53,716 nt of DNA. It comes from Minisyncoccia bacterium (lineage in GTDB: Bacteria > Patescibacteriota > Minisyncoccia > Phycocordibacterales > UBA9973). Below the pieces are notes generated by a model. The model was not told the origin of the DNA, searched no databases, and saw only the letters and a list, made by a program, of their open reading frames with translations. Of this stretch, positions 36,673 through 47,100 are shown piece after piece; the stretch's first letter is position 1, and each line of letters opens with the position of its first letter. The stretch is from assembly GCA_044229265.1 (NCBI GenBank), contig JBGATK010000001.1:101776-155491 (forward strand), in the 5' to 3' direction. Position numbers and translations under genes: made by a program.

Positions 36673-39381
36673 ATGACTAAAAAAAATACACACGCAGAGG
36701 AGATCGTAGTGAAAGGGGCACGGACTCATAACTTGAAGAATATAAGTGTAGAAATGCCACGGGACAAGATGGTGGTGATTACTGGCGTCTCAGGCTCGGG
36801 CAAAAGTTCACTCGCTTTCGATACTATTTTTGCAGAAGGGCAGAGGCGTTATGTAGAGAGTTTAAGTTCTTATGCACGGCAATTTTTGAACCAAATGCCA
36901 AAGCCAGATGTGGATGAGATTACAGGCCTCTCACCAGCAATTTCCATTGACCAAAAGTCTCGCTCGAACAACCCGCGCTCGACTGTGGCAACTATTACTG
37001 AGATATATGATTACCTGCGTGTGATGTATGCGCGCATTGGGCATCCGCATTGCCCAGAGTGCGGTGAGGAAATTAAAAAACTTTCTAATGAAGAAATCTT
37101 GAATTTTATTTTAGAGAAAGTAGAAAAATTAAAAAAAGAAAATAAAAATAAAAAAAGTGTGATGGGAATAAGTTGGGATGAAACAGAAATAAGTATTTTC
37201 GCCCCTATAGTTCGTGGACGTAAAGGCGAGTACTATCAGCTACTTTATGATTTACTCGGCAAAGGTTTTTCTGAAGTGCGCCTAGATGGTGTGATGAAAA
37301 AGCTTCGCGACAGGATAGATTTATCCAAAACTAAAAAGCATGACATAGATGTATTGGTAGATCATTTTGCTGTGCATGAATTCAAAGATGATCCCGAGGG
37401 AAGCAGAATGCGACTTTCGGAAGCACTCGAGCGAGCACTCCTCGAAGCTGATGGATTGGTTTCTATTAAGATTGGCGAAGAAGAATTCGTAATGTCGGCA
37501 AAGTTTGCTTGCAAGAATGATGGATTTTCTTTTCCGGAAGTAGAGCCAAGGCTTTTCTCTTTCAACTCTCCATACGGAGCTTGCCCTACTTGTAATGGCC
37601 TCGGCTCAAAATATTTCGGTGGTGATGAAGTTTGTGATGATTGTGGTGGTGCCCGCTTACGCAAGGAGGCACTGAATGTATTTATTACTTCAGATTTTTT
37701 TAAGAAAACTTCTGGTAATGCTCTCCGTCGTTCGCATTCTGTCCTGAATTCTCAAGATCTATCTGGTAGTAGCGAAGACTCCTCCAAGCATCACCAAAAG
37801 TTTTCTGATGGCCGCGTCAATATTTTAGACCTAACTTCACTCTCAATCGCCGACGCGTATGAATTTTTCAAAAATCTAAAACTAACAAATCAAGAAAAAG
37901 AAATCTCTTTGCCAGTGGTGAGGGAGATAGAGGACAGGCTAAAATTTATGCTCGACGTGGGCCTCGACTATTTGCAACTTTCTCGCAAAGCAAATACTCT
38001 CTCAGGAGGTGAAGCGCAGAGAATAAGACTTGCTTCACAGCTCGGTAGCAAGCTCGTTGGTGCACTTTATGTCCTCGATGAGCCGACTATCGGACTGCAC
38101 CAGAGGGACAATGATAGACTTATAAAAACCCTTCTAGATTTGCGAGATTTGGGCAACACTATCCTAGTGGTGGAGCACGATGAAGATACTATTTATGCTT
38201 CAGATTACATTGTGGACATAGGGCCGAAGGCTGGTGTACACGGAGGGCAAGTAGTGGCCAGTGGCTACTTAGAAGATTTGCTTACTGCAAAGAAAAATAA
38301 TTCTGGTTCTAGAACTTTGGGTTATTTACGCGAAGAATTAAAAATAGAAATTCCAGAGAAACGCAGGGAAGCAAAAGGTCACCTTAAAATAGTCGGCGCT
38401 AAAGTTTTTAATTTAAAAAATATAAATGTGGAAGTTCCTCTCGGCGTGATGACCTCTATCACTGGAGTTTCAGGCTCTGGCAAGAGTTCATTTATGTATG
38501 AAGTTTTGTATAAAAATCTGCAAGCAAGATATGAGAGGAAATACCGCACAGCCCAAGTATTTAACTGCGCATCATTTTCTGGTACAGAATATTTATCTCG
38601 CGCTATTTTGATAGACCAAAGCCCAATAGGCCGAACTCCTCGCTCAAATATTGCTACATACACAGGCACATTTACTCATATTCGGGATTTGTTTGCGACT
38701 ACAGACGAAGCGCGACTTCGCGGATGGAAAGCTAATAGATTTTCTTTCAATGTTAAAGGTGGACGTTGTGAAGCTTGCGAAGGCAATGGCGAGATAGCGG
38801 TGGAAATGCATTTCCTTCCGACAGTGTATGTGACTTGTGATGTCTGCCTTGGCAAAAGATTCGACAAAGAAACTCTGACAGTTAAATATAAAAAGAAAAA
38901 TATTTATGAAGTTTTGCGTATGACTGTGGAAGAAGGACTAACATTTTTCAAAGACATTCCAGCTATTTATGACAGAATGCAGACTCTGATGGATGTCGGG
39001 CTCGGATACCTTGAGCTCGGACAAAGTGCTACCACGCTCTCTGGTGGGGAAGCGCAAAGAGTGAAAATCTCTAGCGAGCTGTATCGTCCACATTTAGAAA
39101 AAACTATTTACCTCCTCGACGAGCCTACCGTAGGCCTACATTATGATGATGTCGCCAAGCTTCTAGAAGTGTTAAACAAACTCACAACTAAAGGCAATAC
39201 CGTAGTCCTCATCGAGCACAACTTAGACATTGTAAAATGCTCTGACTATATAATAGACATAGGACCTGAAGGTGGCATAAAAGGTGGTACGCTGGTTGCC
39301 AAAGGCACGCCAGAAGAGGTTGCGAATAATAAAAATTCTTTTACTGGGCAATATTTAAAAAAGGTGTTAAGGAAAAAATAA
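36673..39381 (+). CDS. uvrA: excinuclease ABC subunit A
   Basis: Two ABC modules (GVSGSGKSS twice, LSGGEAQR twice), zinc-finger Cys pairs, and the N-terminal [13 protein letters not shown] 36673 is preferred over the track's GTG at 36634. Confidence 0.95.
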   Translation: MTKKNTHAEEIVVKGARTHNLKNISVEMPRDKMVVITGVSGSGKSSLAFDTIFAEGQRRYVESLSSYARQFLNQMPKPDVDEITGLSPAISIDQKSRSNNPRSTVATITEIYDYLRVMYARIGHPHCPECGEEIKKLSNEEILNFILEKVEKLKKENKNKKSVMGISWDETEISIFAPIVRGRKGEYYQLLYDLLGKGFSEVRLDGVMKKLRDRIDLSKTKKHDIDVLVDHFAVHEFKDDPEGSRMRLSEALERALLEADGLVSIKIGEEEFVMSAKFACKNDGFSFPEVEPRLFSFNSPYGACPTCNGLGSKYFGGDEVCDDCGGARLRKEALNVFITSDFFKKTSGNALRRSHSVLNSQDLSGSSEDSSKHHQKFSDGRVNILDLTSLSIADAYEFFKNLKLTNQEKEISLPVVREIEDRLKFMLDVGLDYLQLSRKANTLSGGEAQRIRLASQLGSKLVGALYVLDEPTIGLHQRDNDRLIKTLLDLRDLGNTILVVEHDEDTIYASDYIVDIGPKAGVHGGQVVASGYLEDLLTAKKNNSGSRTLGYLREELKIEIPEKRREAKGHLKIVGAKVFNLKNINVEVPLGVMTSITGVSGSGKSSFMYEVLYKNLQARYERKYRTAQVFNCASFSGTEYLSRAILIDQSPIGRTPRSNIATYTGTFTHIRDLFATTDEARLRGWKANRFSFNVKGGRCEACEGNGEIAVEMHFLPTVYVTCDVCLGKRFDKETLTVKYKKKNIYEVLRMTVEEGLTFFKDIPAIYDRMQTLMDVGLGYLELGQSATTLSGGEAQRVKISSELYRPHLEKTIYLLDEPTVGLHYDDVAKLLEVLNKLTTKGNTVVLIEHNLDIVKCSDYIIDIGPEGGIKGGTLVAKGTPEEVANNKNSFTGQYLKKVLRKK

Positions 39382-39383
39382 TT

Positions 39384-39432
39384 CACCTCACCCCCAACCC
39401 CTCTCCAAAATATAAATTTTAGAGAGGGGAGA
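39384..39432 (+). repeat. second copy of the cctcacccc-N-aacccctctcc palindromic element, intergenic
   Basis: cacctcacccccaacccctctcc followed by an 8-bp hairpin (cccctctc 39398-39405 pairs with gagagggg 39422-39429). It starts 3 nt after the uvrA stop. Confidence 0.75.
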
Positions 39433-39443
39433 AATTCGGAAAT

Positions 39444-39470
39444 AAAAAAAGCCCGAACGCAATGTCGGGC
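39444..39470 (-). terminator. intrinsic terminator for minus-strand transcription
   Basis: gcccga / tcgggc stem. On the minus strand it is followed by TTTTTTT. Confidence 0.55.
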
Positions 39471-39575
39471 AAATTCCTGTTCTATCCTGTCTGATGTGTA
39501 TTGAGATTCCTTCCAGACTTAACCGGATTTTCAGGATTGTCTCCTTTTAAGATCAGGCGTGATTAATACCAGAAA

Positions 39576-39860
39576 TTAAGTTAATTTTTTTTCATCTTCT
39601 TTATCTATTATTGGATACCATTTACCAATCCATACAATTATAAATGTTAGAATTAAATCTAAAATTCCACAAATTTTTAGATAGGTATGTGTATTGGATT
39701 CTATTTGAATATGTTTACCAAACATAGTTAATCCAAAGGGTATTATTAGTACTGAAATCACAATAAATAAAATAAGAAAAACTTGTAATGAGCATAGTAA
39801 TCTTAAAAAGAATAAATCTTTTTTCGAGTTTAACGGTGTGTCGTAAAATCCTGAATGCAT
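39576..39860 (-). CDS. small integral membrane protein
   Basis: 94 aa with three hydrophobic helices. No motif recognised. Confidence 0.45.
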   Translation of the reverse strand: MHSGFYDTPLNSKKDLFFLRLLCSLQVFLILFIVISVLIIPFGLTMFGKHIQIESNTHTYLKICGILDLILTFIIVWIGKWYPIIDKEDEKKLT

Positions 39861-39905
39861 GATGTTTAAATTTTAAAAGTTACAAAATTGTTTTTATTCG
39901 TATTT

Positions 39906-39916
39906 TATACTATAGT
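39906..39916 (+). promoter_or_regulatory. overlapping -10 hexamers (TATACT/TATAGT) of uvrC, 6 nt before the ATG
   Basis: ttTATACTATAGTatttctATG. Confidence 0.45.
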
Positions 39917-39922
39917 ATTTCT

Positions 39923-41203
39923 ATGAAAAGTCAACAGCTCAAGAAAATAGCTTTGCCAGATAAGCCGGGGGTATATAGGTTTATGAAGGGGAGCGAAATC
40001 CTCTACATAGGCAAAGCGACTTCACTCAAAGACAGAGTCAAAAGCTATTTCAGCAGTGATCTTATTAAAACCAGAGGGATGCTACTTGTAGATATGGTAG
40101 CCCGGGCTGAGACGGTGAAATATATTGAAACAGATAGTGTGCTCGAAGCACTTATCTTAGAAGCGAATGAGATTAAAAAACATCAGCCGTATTACAATAC
40201 GAAAGAGAAAGATGATAAGAGTTTTAATTATGTTTGCATAACTCGTGAGGAATTGCCGAAGGTTATCACAAAAAGGGGTAAAGATTTAGATAAAAATAAA
40301 TACAAAAAAGTCTTTGGACCTTTTACTAGTGGTCCTCAGTTAAGAGAAGCTCTCAAGATAATAAGACGAGTATTTCCATTTATTGATGAAAAGACAAAAA
40401 ATTACTATGAATTTTATCGGCAATTAAATTTGGCTCCAAATTTAGAAAAAAAGAAAGAATATTTAAGAAACATAAAACACATAGTGCTATTTTTTGAAGG
40501 TAAGAAAAAAAGTCTGGTAAATAATTTGAAAAAAGAAATGAATGCTTTTGCAAAACTCCATCAATTTGAAAAAGCAGGGGAGGTAAAAAGGCAGATTTTT
40601 TCTATACAACACATCAACGATATTGCTCTAATCAAGGAGGAGCGGCTACAGCCGGAGCAAAATTCTTCGTCGCTTTACCCTCTCTACGGGGGCTCCGACA
40701 CGACAAAGAATTCTACTCCGACCTCCGCTTTTCGTATAGAAGCGTACGACATAGCCCATATGGGTGGCAAAAATATGGTGGGGGTTATGGTGGTAGTGGA
40801 GAATGGGGAAGTAAATAAGAGTGAATATAAGAAATTCAAAATCAGAACGCAGGATGGGGCAAATGATACTGGTGCACTTGCTGAAGTATTAGAACGAAGG
40901 CTGGCGCACAATGAATGGACTATGCCGAGCCTAATAGTAGTCGATGGAGGGAAAGCGCAGATAAATGTAGTAGAGAAAATTTTGAATAAATATGGTATAA
41001 AAATACCTGTAGTATCAGTATTAAAGGATGAACGGCATAAACCAAAAGATATAATAGGAGACAAAGCAACGGCACGAAAATATGAAAAAGAAATCTTACT
41101 TGCAAACTCCGAAGCGCACAGATTCGCAATAAATTATCACAAAAATATGAGGAATAAGAATTTTATTTCTACTTCGCTAAAGCTACGAAGGACAAGAAAA
41201 TGA
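39923..41203 (+). CDS. uvrC: excinuclease ABC subunit C, short form lacking the C-terminal (HhH)2 domain
   Basis: GIY-YIG N-terminus (GVYRFMKGSEILYIGKATSLKDRV), UVR domain (FEKAGEVKRQIFSIQ), and endonuclease-domain start RIEAYDIAHMGG. Only 426 aa. Confidence 0.85.
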   Translation: MKSQQLKKIALPDKPGVYRFMKGSEILYIGKATSLKDRVKSYFSSDLIKTRGMLLVDMVARAETVKYIETDSVLEALILEANEIKKHQPYYNTKEKDDKSFNYVCITREELPKVITKRGKDLDKNKYKKVFGPFTSGPQLREALKIIRRVFPFIDEKTKNYYEFYRQLNLAPNLEKKKEYLRNIKHIVLFFEGKKKSLVNNLKKEMNAFAKLHQFEKAGEVKRQIFSIQHINDIALIKEERLQPEQNSSSLYPLYGGSDTTKNSTPTSAFRIEAYDIAHMGGKNMVGVMVVVENGEVNKSEYKKFKIRTQDGANDTGALAEVLERRLAHNEWTMPSLIVVDGGKAQINVVEKILNKYGIKIPVVSVLKDERHKPKDIIGDKATARKYEKEILLANSEAHRFAINYHKNMRNKNFISTSLKLRRTRK

Positions 41204-41676
41204 ATAAACAAATAAACATATTAATACTTCCTGATATCAGATCCGCTGAGAATGTGGGAGCTATTTTTCGTACGGCTGATGCTGTAGGGATGGATAAAAT
41301 TTACTTGGTTGGGATTACGCCTGCGCCAGTGGATAGATTTGGGCGAGATAGAAATGATATTGCAAAGAGTGCTCTTGGGGCAGAAAAAACTATACTGTGG
41401 GAGCAAAGGGAGAATTTGGTAGAACTTATTTTAGAATTAAAAAATCAGGGTTATAAGATAATTGCTCTTGAGCAAGATGAGAAAAGTGTAGATTATAAAG
41501 AGGTAAAAATAGCAGAGAAAAATGCTTTCTTGCTTGGCACAGAGACGACAGGATTAACAAAAGAAATATTAGATATGTGCGACACTATAGCCGAGATACC
41601 AATGAAGGGTGAAAAAGAATCCCTGAATGTATCGGTAGCTTTCGGTGTAGCTATTTTTAGAATACTAAATATTTAG
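41200..41676 (+). CDS. SpoU/TrmH-family RNA 2'-O-methyltransferase
   Basis: Motifs ENVGAIFRTADAVG, LLGTETTGL and IPMKGEKESLNVSVAFGV. The start overlaps the uvrC stop (ATGA). Confidence 0.8.
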   Translation: MNKQINILILPDIRSAENVGAIFRTADAVGMDKIYLVGITPAPVDRFGRDRNDIAKSALGAEKTILWEQRENLVELILELKNQGYKIIALEQDEKSVDYKEVKIAEKNAFLLGTETTGLTKEILDMCDTIAEIPMKGEKESLNVSVAFGVAIFRILNI

Positions 41677-41683
41677 TTCAAGT

Positions 41684-41743
41684 AATTAGAAACATAACTT
41701 TTCTTCGGTCGCAAAACCCCTTCGAAAAGTTATGTTTCTAATT
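41684..41743. terminator. 19-bp perfect inverted repeat, probable bidirectional terminator
   Basis: aattagaaacataactttt (41684-41702) and its exact complement (41725-41743) flank a 22-nt G+C-richer spacer, between convergent genes. Confidence 0.6.
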
Positions 41744-41884
41744 TTCGTTATAATAACGAGTGTTGTAAAGCGGGTCGTGCAATAGGGGCTTTTGACGTTC
41801 GTCGTAGCGTTCTGGTCCACCGCCCAGGAACCATACAAACCATATTATTACTAGTATGAAAATTAAAGTTAAAAGTTCTTGCAT
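41738..41884 (-). CDS. possible small membrane protein
   Basis: From the internal ATG (41882-41884, just after the mutM stop) the ORF encodes a 48-aa product with one TM helix (LLTLIFILVIIWFVWFL). The longer track ORF would overlap mutM. Confidence 0.3.
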   Translation of the reverse strand: MQELLTLIFILVIIWFVWFLGGGPERYDERQKPLLHDPLYNTRYYNEN

Positions 41885-41885
41885 A

Positions 41886-42854
41886 TTATTTCTGACAATT
41901 TGGACAGAAAACTGTAGTTCTGCCACTAATTATTATTTTTTCTAAAGTATTTTTACATTTTACACATTTTTGCCCAGCTTTGCCATAGACTTTGTGCTCC
42001 CTCGCATAATTACCACGAGAATTGTCGATAAGCCGATATGTAGCTACTGATGAGCCTCCCACCGATATGGCTTTGTTAATTATTCTTATTATAGCTTTGC
42101 GAAGTTTCGCTATTTCGTTTTTTGTTAAGCTATTTGCAATTCTTTCTGGAGAAATGCCTGCCTCGAATAAACTTTCGTCTGCATAAATATTACCCACGCC
42201 GACTACTATATCTTGATTTAGTAAAACAGTTTTGATTTTACTTTTTTTATTTTCTAATGCTTTTATGAAATAGGGTAGGGTGAAATTTTTATCCTGTGGC
42301 TCGAGGCCGAGTTTTTTGAAATGATTTTCTTTTTCGAAGCTTTGTGTATTTGGATAATATAATACATAGCCGAACATGCGCGTGTCATTGTAATACAGAG
42401 TGCCATTTTGTAAGTGGAAAATTATATGCGTATGTTTGTTTGGAAGCTCTGTCTCTGAGATTTCTATAGGGTGCCCGCCTGCAAAAGCTACGCTATTAGC
42501 ATTGCGGGCAGGCCCACCGATTATCTTCGCATCTTTATTCTTAGATTTACCCTCCTTCGCCGAGGCTTCGAAGGGCAAGTATGCAAATTGCCCAGTCATT
42601 TTAAGATGAGAGAGAATGTGTTTATCATGAGTTAATTTAAAAATTAAATTTTTAGCTCTCCTCTCGACAGCCAAAAAACTCTCACCCACAAGCTCACTTT
42701 CAAATTCTACGACTTTAGATTTAGAGATTTTGCGTTTAGTGCTTTTACCAGAAACAAGTTTTGGCTTGTTTACTTTTATTTTTAGGATTTTTTTATTCTT
42801 TATATATTTTAAAAGCCCTAATCTTAAATTTTCTACTTCTGGTAATTCTGGCAT
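41886..42854 (-). CDS. mutM: formamidopyrimidine-DNA glycosylase
   Basis: N-terminal MPELPEVE (catalytic Pro2/Glu3), H2TH region, and a C-terminal zinc finger CVKC...CPNC. Carries a ~38-aa insertion (see findings). Confidence 0.9.
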   Translation of the reverse strand: MPELPEVENLRLGLLKYIKNKKILKIKVNKPKLVSGKSTKRKISKSKVVEFESELVGESFLAVERRAKNLIFKLTHDKHILSHLKMTGQFAYLPFEASAKEGKSKNKDAKIIGGPARNANSVAFAGGHPIEISETELPNKHTHIIFHLQNGTLYYNDTRMFGYVLYYPNTQSFEKENHFKKLGLEPQDKNFTLPYFIKALENKKSKIKTVLLNQDIVVGVGNIYADESLFEAGISPERIANSLTKNEIAKLRKAIIRIINKAISVGGSSVATYRLIDNSRGNYAREHKVYGKAGQKCVKCKNTLEKIIISGRTTVFCPNCQK

Positions 42855-42860
42855 AACAGA

Positions 42861-43424
42861 TTATTTTTTTCCTAAAACTTTTAAAGCCCCACGAATTTTT
42901 TGATTAGTATCTTTTATGTCAGCAACTTCTTTTAATGCTTCGAGTGCATCTTTTTGTGTGTAGCCTAAAGTTTTTAATGCTTCCAACGTATCCATTTCTT
43001 CAGAGAGGGAATTGTCGTTTGCCATTTTGCCAACCTTGTCTCGAAGTTCTATTACTATACGCTCGGCTGTTTTGCGCCCAATACCTGATATCTTGGTTAG
43101 GTAAACAATATCATTTTGTGATATAGCTTTTTTGAGAGTTTCAATAGAAGCGACAGAGAGTATGCCGAGCGCTGACTTCGGCCCAATGCCGGAGATAGAA
43201 AGTAGCATTTCAAAAAAGTTCATTTCTTTTTCTTCTAAAAATCCATATAAATCAAAAGCGTCTTCTCGAATATGAGTATAGATGTAAAAGAATACTTCAG
43301 CTTCTTTTTGGACTGGTAGTAGATTTTCTAGAAGGGTGTATACTTTATAACCAACACCATTTGCCTCCAATACTACGTATTTGTCTTTTTCAGCTGTAAT
43401 TTTTCCTCGTAAACTTGCTATCAT
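42861..43424 (-). CDS. ruvA: Holliday junction DNA helicase subunit RuvA
   Basis: MIASLRGKI start, NGVGYKVY, and two HhH motifs (ISGIGPKSA, ISGIGRKTAERI). ATG 43424 is preferred because the track's TTG start overlaps the -10 element. Confidence 0.9.
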   Translation of the reverse strand: MIASLRGKITAEKDKYVVLEANGVGYKVYTLLENLLPVQKEAEVFFYIYTHIREDAFDLYGFLEEKEMNFFEMLLSISGIGPKSALGILSVASIETLKKAISQNDIVYLTKISGIGRKTAERIVIELRDKVGKMANDNSLSEEMDTLEALKTLGYTQKDALEALKEVADIKDTNQKIRGALKVLGKK

Positions 43425-43432
43425 ATAGACCA

Positions 43433-43441
43433 ATTATAGCA
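43433..43441 (-). promoter_or_regulatory. extended -10 (TGcTATAAT) of ruvA, 8 nt before the ATG
   Basis: The minus strand reads atTGcTATAATtggtctatATG. Confidence 0.55.
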
Positions 43442-43472
43442 TAATTAAAAATTTGCGTTTTAATGGCTTTTC

Positions 43473-43481
43473 TGTTATAGT
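43473..43481 (+). promoter_or_regulatory. extended -10 (TGtTATAGT) of rpsT, 6 nt before the ATG
   Basis: tcTGtTATAGTatttttATG. Confidence 0.55.
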
Positions 43482-43487
43482 ATTTTT

Positions 43488-43739
43488 ATGCCAATAACAC
43501 AATCAGCAAAAAAAGCTATACGAGGTTCTGCTCGAAAAAAGTCTGTAAATGACCGACGCAAGAAGGCCATGAAAGAAACTATAAAGAAATTTGAGAAGAT
43601 CATAAAAACAGATAAAAATAAGGGGGTAGAAATGCTTCCAGTTGCTTATCAAGCTATCGATAAAGCAGCTAAAATAGGCGTTATTAAGAAAAATAATGCT
43701 TCTCGAAAAAAATCCAGACTTTCAAAACTTTTAAAATAG
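43488..43739 (+). CDS. rpsT: 30S ribosomal protein S20
   Basis: A basic 83-aa protein. The MPITQSAKKAIRGSARKKSVNDRRK start matches the S20 pattern. Confidence 0.9.
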   Translation: MPITQSAKKAIRGSARKKSVNDRRKKAMKETIKKFEKIIKTDKNKGVEMLPVAYQAIDKAAKIGVIKKNNASRKKSRLSKLLK

Positions 43740-43750
43740 TTAATAAACAA

Positions 43751-43782
43751 AAACCAACTTTTATGAAAGTTGGTTTTTGTTT
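43751..43782 (+). terminator. intrinsic terminator of rpsT
   Basis: An 11-bp perfect stem (aaaccaacttt / aaagttggttt), a 4-nt loop, and a T-rich tail. Confidence 0.8.
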
Positions 43783-43783
43783 A

Positions 43784-43792
43784 TGATATAAT
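43784..43792 (+). promoter_or_regulatory. extended -10 (TGaTATAAT), 7 nt before the ATG at 43800
   Basis: ttaTGaTATAATatttcgcATG. Confidence 0.55.
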
Positions 43793-43799
43793 ATTTCGC

Positions 43800-44078
43800 A
43801 TGAGTAAATTATATGAATTTTATGGAGAGGAATGTCCACATTGTATAAAAATGCATGATTTGGTGGAGAAATTAGAAAAAGAAGAAGGTATAAAAGTGGA
43901 AGCACTAGAAATTTGGCACAATGAAGAGAATGAAAAAAAGATGAATGAAATAGATAAAGATATGTGCGGGGGAGTACCATTTTTTTATAATGAAAATACA
44001 AAAAAATATATTTGCGGTGAAGCTGATTACGACACTGTAAAGAAATGGGCTAGGGGTGAAGAATTCTCGCAGGATTAA
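43800..44078 (+). CDS. thioredoxin-fold protein (glutaredoxin-like, CPHC active site)
   Basis: YGEECPHCIKM near the N-terminus and GVPFF later fit a glutaredoxin/thioredoxin-like fold. ATG 43800 is preferred because the track's TTG start lies inside the rpsT terminator. Confidence 0.7.
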   Translation: MSKLYEFYGEECPHCIKMHDLVEKLEKEEGIKVEALEIWHNEENEKKMNEIDKDMCGGVPFFYNENTKKYICGEADYDTVKKWARGEEFSQD

Positions 44079-44090
44079 TAACGTAAAATA

Positions 44091-44118
44091 AAAACCTCTC
44101 AAATTTTGAGAGGTTTTT
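44091..44118. terminator. bidirectional terminator between convergent genes
   Basis: aaaacctctc ... gagaggtttt hairpin with A and T runs on both sides. Confidence 0.8.
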
Positions 44119-44139
44119 ATTTTAGATCATAATTTTAAA

Positions 44140-47100
44140 TTAATGATGAAATGTGGTTGTAGTATGACCAGTGTTTGTATTAGTAGTAATAGTTTTTGCT
44201 GGGAAAATTCTGCCGTAGATTAGTCTTATTACTAATAATATAAGTAGTATTAAGAGTAGTAAGATTAACCATCCGAACAAAGAGTCTGGCCAGAATCCTG
44301 CACCAAATAATGCATTACCAGTAAGATTCACTCCGCGATTATCCTCGATGTTGTTTTTTGAATAAGCGAATACTTCTTCTTGAGATCCGTCTTCATTTAT
44401 AGTGTAAGCTATGTTTGCAGTTATTACTGTAATTTTACCAATTTCTGCATTTCTGGTTACTAGAGCACTTACTCGTACACTGCCTTCTTCACCAGGGAAT
44501 AGGGAACCTATATTTACTACTACATTGTTATTCTCTTCAGACCAGTATCCTCGTGAAGAAGATATGAATGAGAGTTCTTTTGGCAGAGCTACACGTAAAA
44601 CTACATCACGTAAATCTTTTGTGGATACGTTTTTGTAGTAAATATTGTAAGTAATCTCTTCTCCTATATTTATCACTTCTCCGTTTTTGTCTATTGTTAA
44701 GAATACAAGTGAAGGTTTGGAAAGCCCAACGCCAGTGTTTGTATTAGTTACAACTGTTCTTGTTGTGTTTATGACACGAGTAGTATTATTGTTATTTATA
44801 ATCAAATTATTTGTACGGAATGTTTGTATGTCTCCACGAGAAACTCCGTATTGAGTAGATACAACTGCACGGTAATAGTAGATAGTATTAGGAGCTAAAG
44901 AATAAATACTTGCATTGAATGAGTTAGAATTTATGCTTCCGATTACAGTGGAAATTGTAGTTTGTCCCAAGTTTTGTGATAAGCCATATTCAAAGTATCC
45001 TGTCATGGTTACATTTGTATCTTGAACACCTAGACCATTTAATCTAGCAGAGTTAGTTCCAGTATTTGTAGCAATTGTAGTTATCGCTTGAGGAGCGCAA
45101 TTTCCATAAGTAGAACAATTATTGTAATAGTTTTGAGTTGTAGTAGTAAAGCTCATTACATTACCATAAGCTGTGCCATTATTGTTTTGAGCTACTGCAC
45201 GGAAATAATAAGTTGTATTTGGAGAAAGAGCACTTATTCTTTCAGAGAAGTTTCCGTAATTTCCAGCTTGACTGTAATGATTTGTTGAATTGTATAAAGC
45301 TCCATAATTGGTGCCATATTCAAACCAACGAGTAGTATTAGAGCCATTGTTATTATCTACATAACCATTTAGAGTTGCAGAATTTTCACGAATGTCTGTA
45401 GCAGAATAAGTAGTTACACTTGGGCGATCGTAGTTGTTTCCACCGCAATTATATGTACATCCGCCACCATTACTATTTGTTCGGAAAGTTCTTACTTGAC
45501 CATAAACTGTATCACCATTTTCATTTTCTGCGATTGCTTGAAATGAATATGAAGTATTTTCTTGTAAGCCTGTTAAATAATAGCTTAGAGTTGCATTACT
45601 ATTGTAAGTATTAAGCGCAGTTAGATTTGTAAGATTAGAGCCTACACCCCATACGAATCCACTTACAACATCAGTATTACCATTTACATTTAAGTACCCA
45701 TTAAGTGTAGCAGAGTTTGCGGAAATATTTGTAGCACTATTTGTTTCTACAGTAGGGTCTTGGTTGGATTGATTGTCAACATAGATACTTATAGTATCAG
45801 TTGCTGAGCCAGAATTATTTGTACAAGTTAGAGTGTAAGTTTTTGTGCCAGATGAAAGTGAGCCAGTGTAAAATGATCCACCTGAAGTATTTTTGTTTCC
45901 AGACCAATTATTTGTGCCACCTGATGCAGTGCATGATGTAGCATTGGATACTGACCAGCGTAAATATGTGCCTTGTCCATAAGAAAGACTTGTTTGGTCT
46001 GCTGTAAGATTTACAGTTGGTTTTTGAACTGGTTGTGCGTCTACGGCTACAGTTACAGAATCTTCAACTTGACCGTATGAGTTATAACAAATTATTTTAT
46101 AAGTTGCATTTTGAGTCATTTGTCCAGAGAAGAATGATCCACCATTTATAGCTTTTGAACCAGCCCAGCCATTTGCTCCACCGTATGCTTGGCAGGCTGT
46201 AGCATTTGTCGGATACCATCTGATATAAGTAGTGCCGTTGTAAGGTAAGAAAATTTGATCTGCAGAAATAGTTACAGAAGGAAGGGGATTCTGATTTGGA
46301 CCACTGACTACATTTACTGTTACAGAATCAGTTGCTGATCCAGTAGCGTTTGTACAGGTAATAGTATAGATAGTTGTAGCGTAAAGAGAACTTACAAAGA
46401 AGCTACCACCATTTGGGTTTTTTACACCTGCCCAGCCAGTAGATCCACCTGATGCATTACATGATGTAGCATTTGTAGTATTCCACATTATATTTGTCGC
46501 AGAACCAGTAGATAAGCTAGATGGACTCGCTGAAATATTTACAGTTGGATTTTGAACTGGAGGATTGTAGGGTTGAACATTGACTGTAGCGTAGCCAGTA
46601 GCAGATTGACCTGTAGCGCTATAACAAGTTATTGAATATGTTGTAGTTGTAGTTGGATATACATTTATAGAACCTGAAGTTGAACTTGCTCCCCAATTAG
46701 AAGAACAATAAGTCGCATTTGTAGAATTCCAAGAAAGATTTGATAGGTTTCCAGAATTTATACTAGAAGGGTTTGCTGTAAGATTTACAGTTGGATTTTG
46801 TTGTGGGGGATTGTTTGTTTGCACATTTACAGTTGTACTCATAGGAGTAGAGCCATACATGTTTGTACATGTGATAGTATAAGTAGTCGTAGAAGTGAGT
46901 GAAGATGCATTAAAGCTACCAGAAGTTGCTTTATTGCCATACCAACCAAGAGAACCACCACTAGCATAACAAGTAGATGCACCAGTCGAGTTCCAAGTAA
47001 TAGTACTTGAACCATTGTAATTTACCCAAGTTGGACTAGCTGAAATACTTACAGTTGGAGCATTTTGATTTCCACCGCCACCACCACCACCGTTACCATT

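Noticed and set aside
39471-39575. Possible SRP (4.5S) RNA on the minus strand, because of a UCUGGAAGGAAUC segment resembling the GGAA tetraloop region, followed by a terminator
   Set aside because: The flanking symmetric-loop nucleotides (the AGCA side) are absent, and I could not build the domain IV helix. It is more likely the 3' UTR of the 39576-39860 gene.
40650-40735. Palindromic stretch in uvrC (aattcttcgtcg 40661-40672 with cgacaaagaatt 40701-40712, 11 of 12 complementary) considered as another in-frame repeat insertion
   Set aside because: This short-form UvrC lacks most of the canonical linker. I therefore cannot establish an insertion relative to a conserved frame. I noted it but did not claim it.
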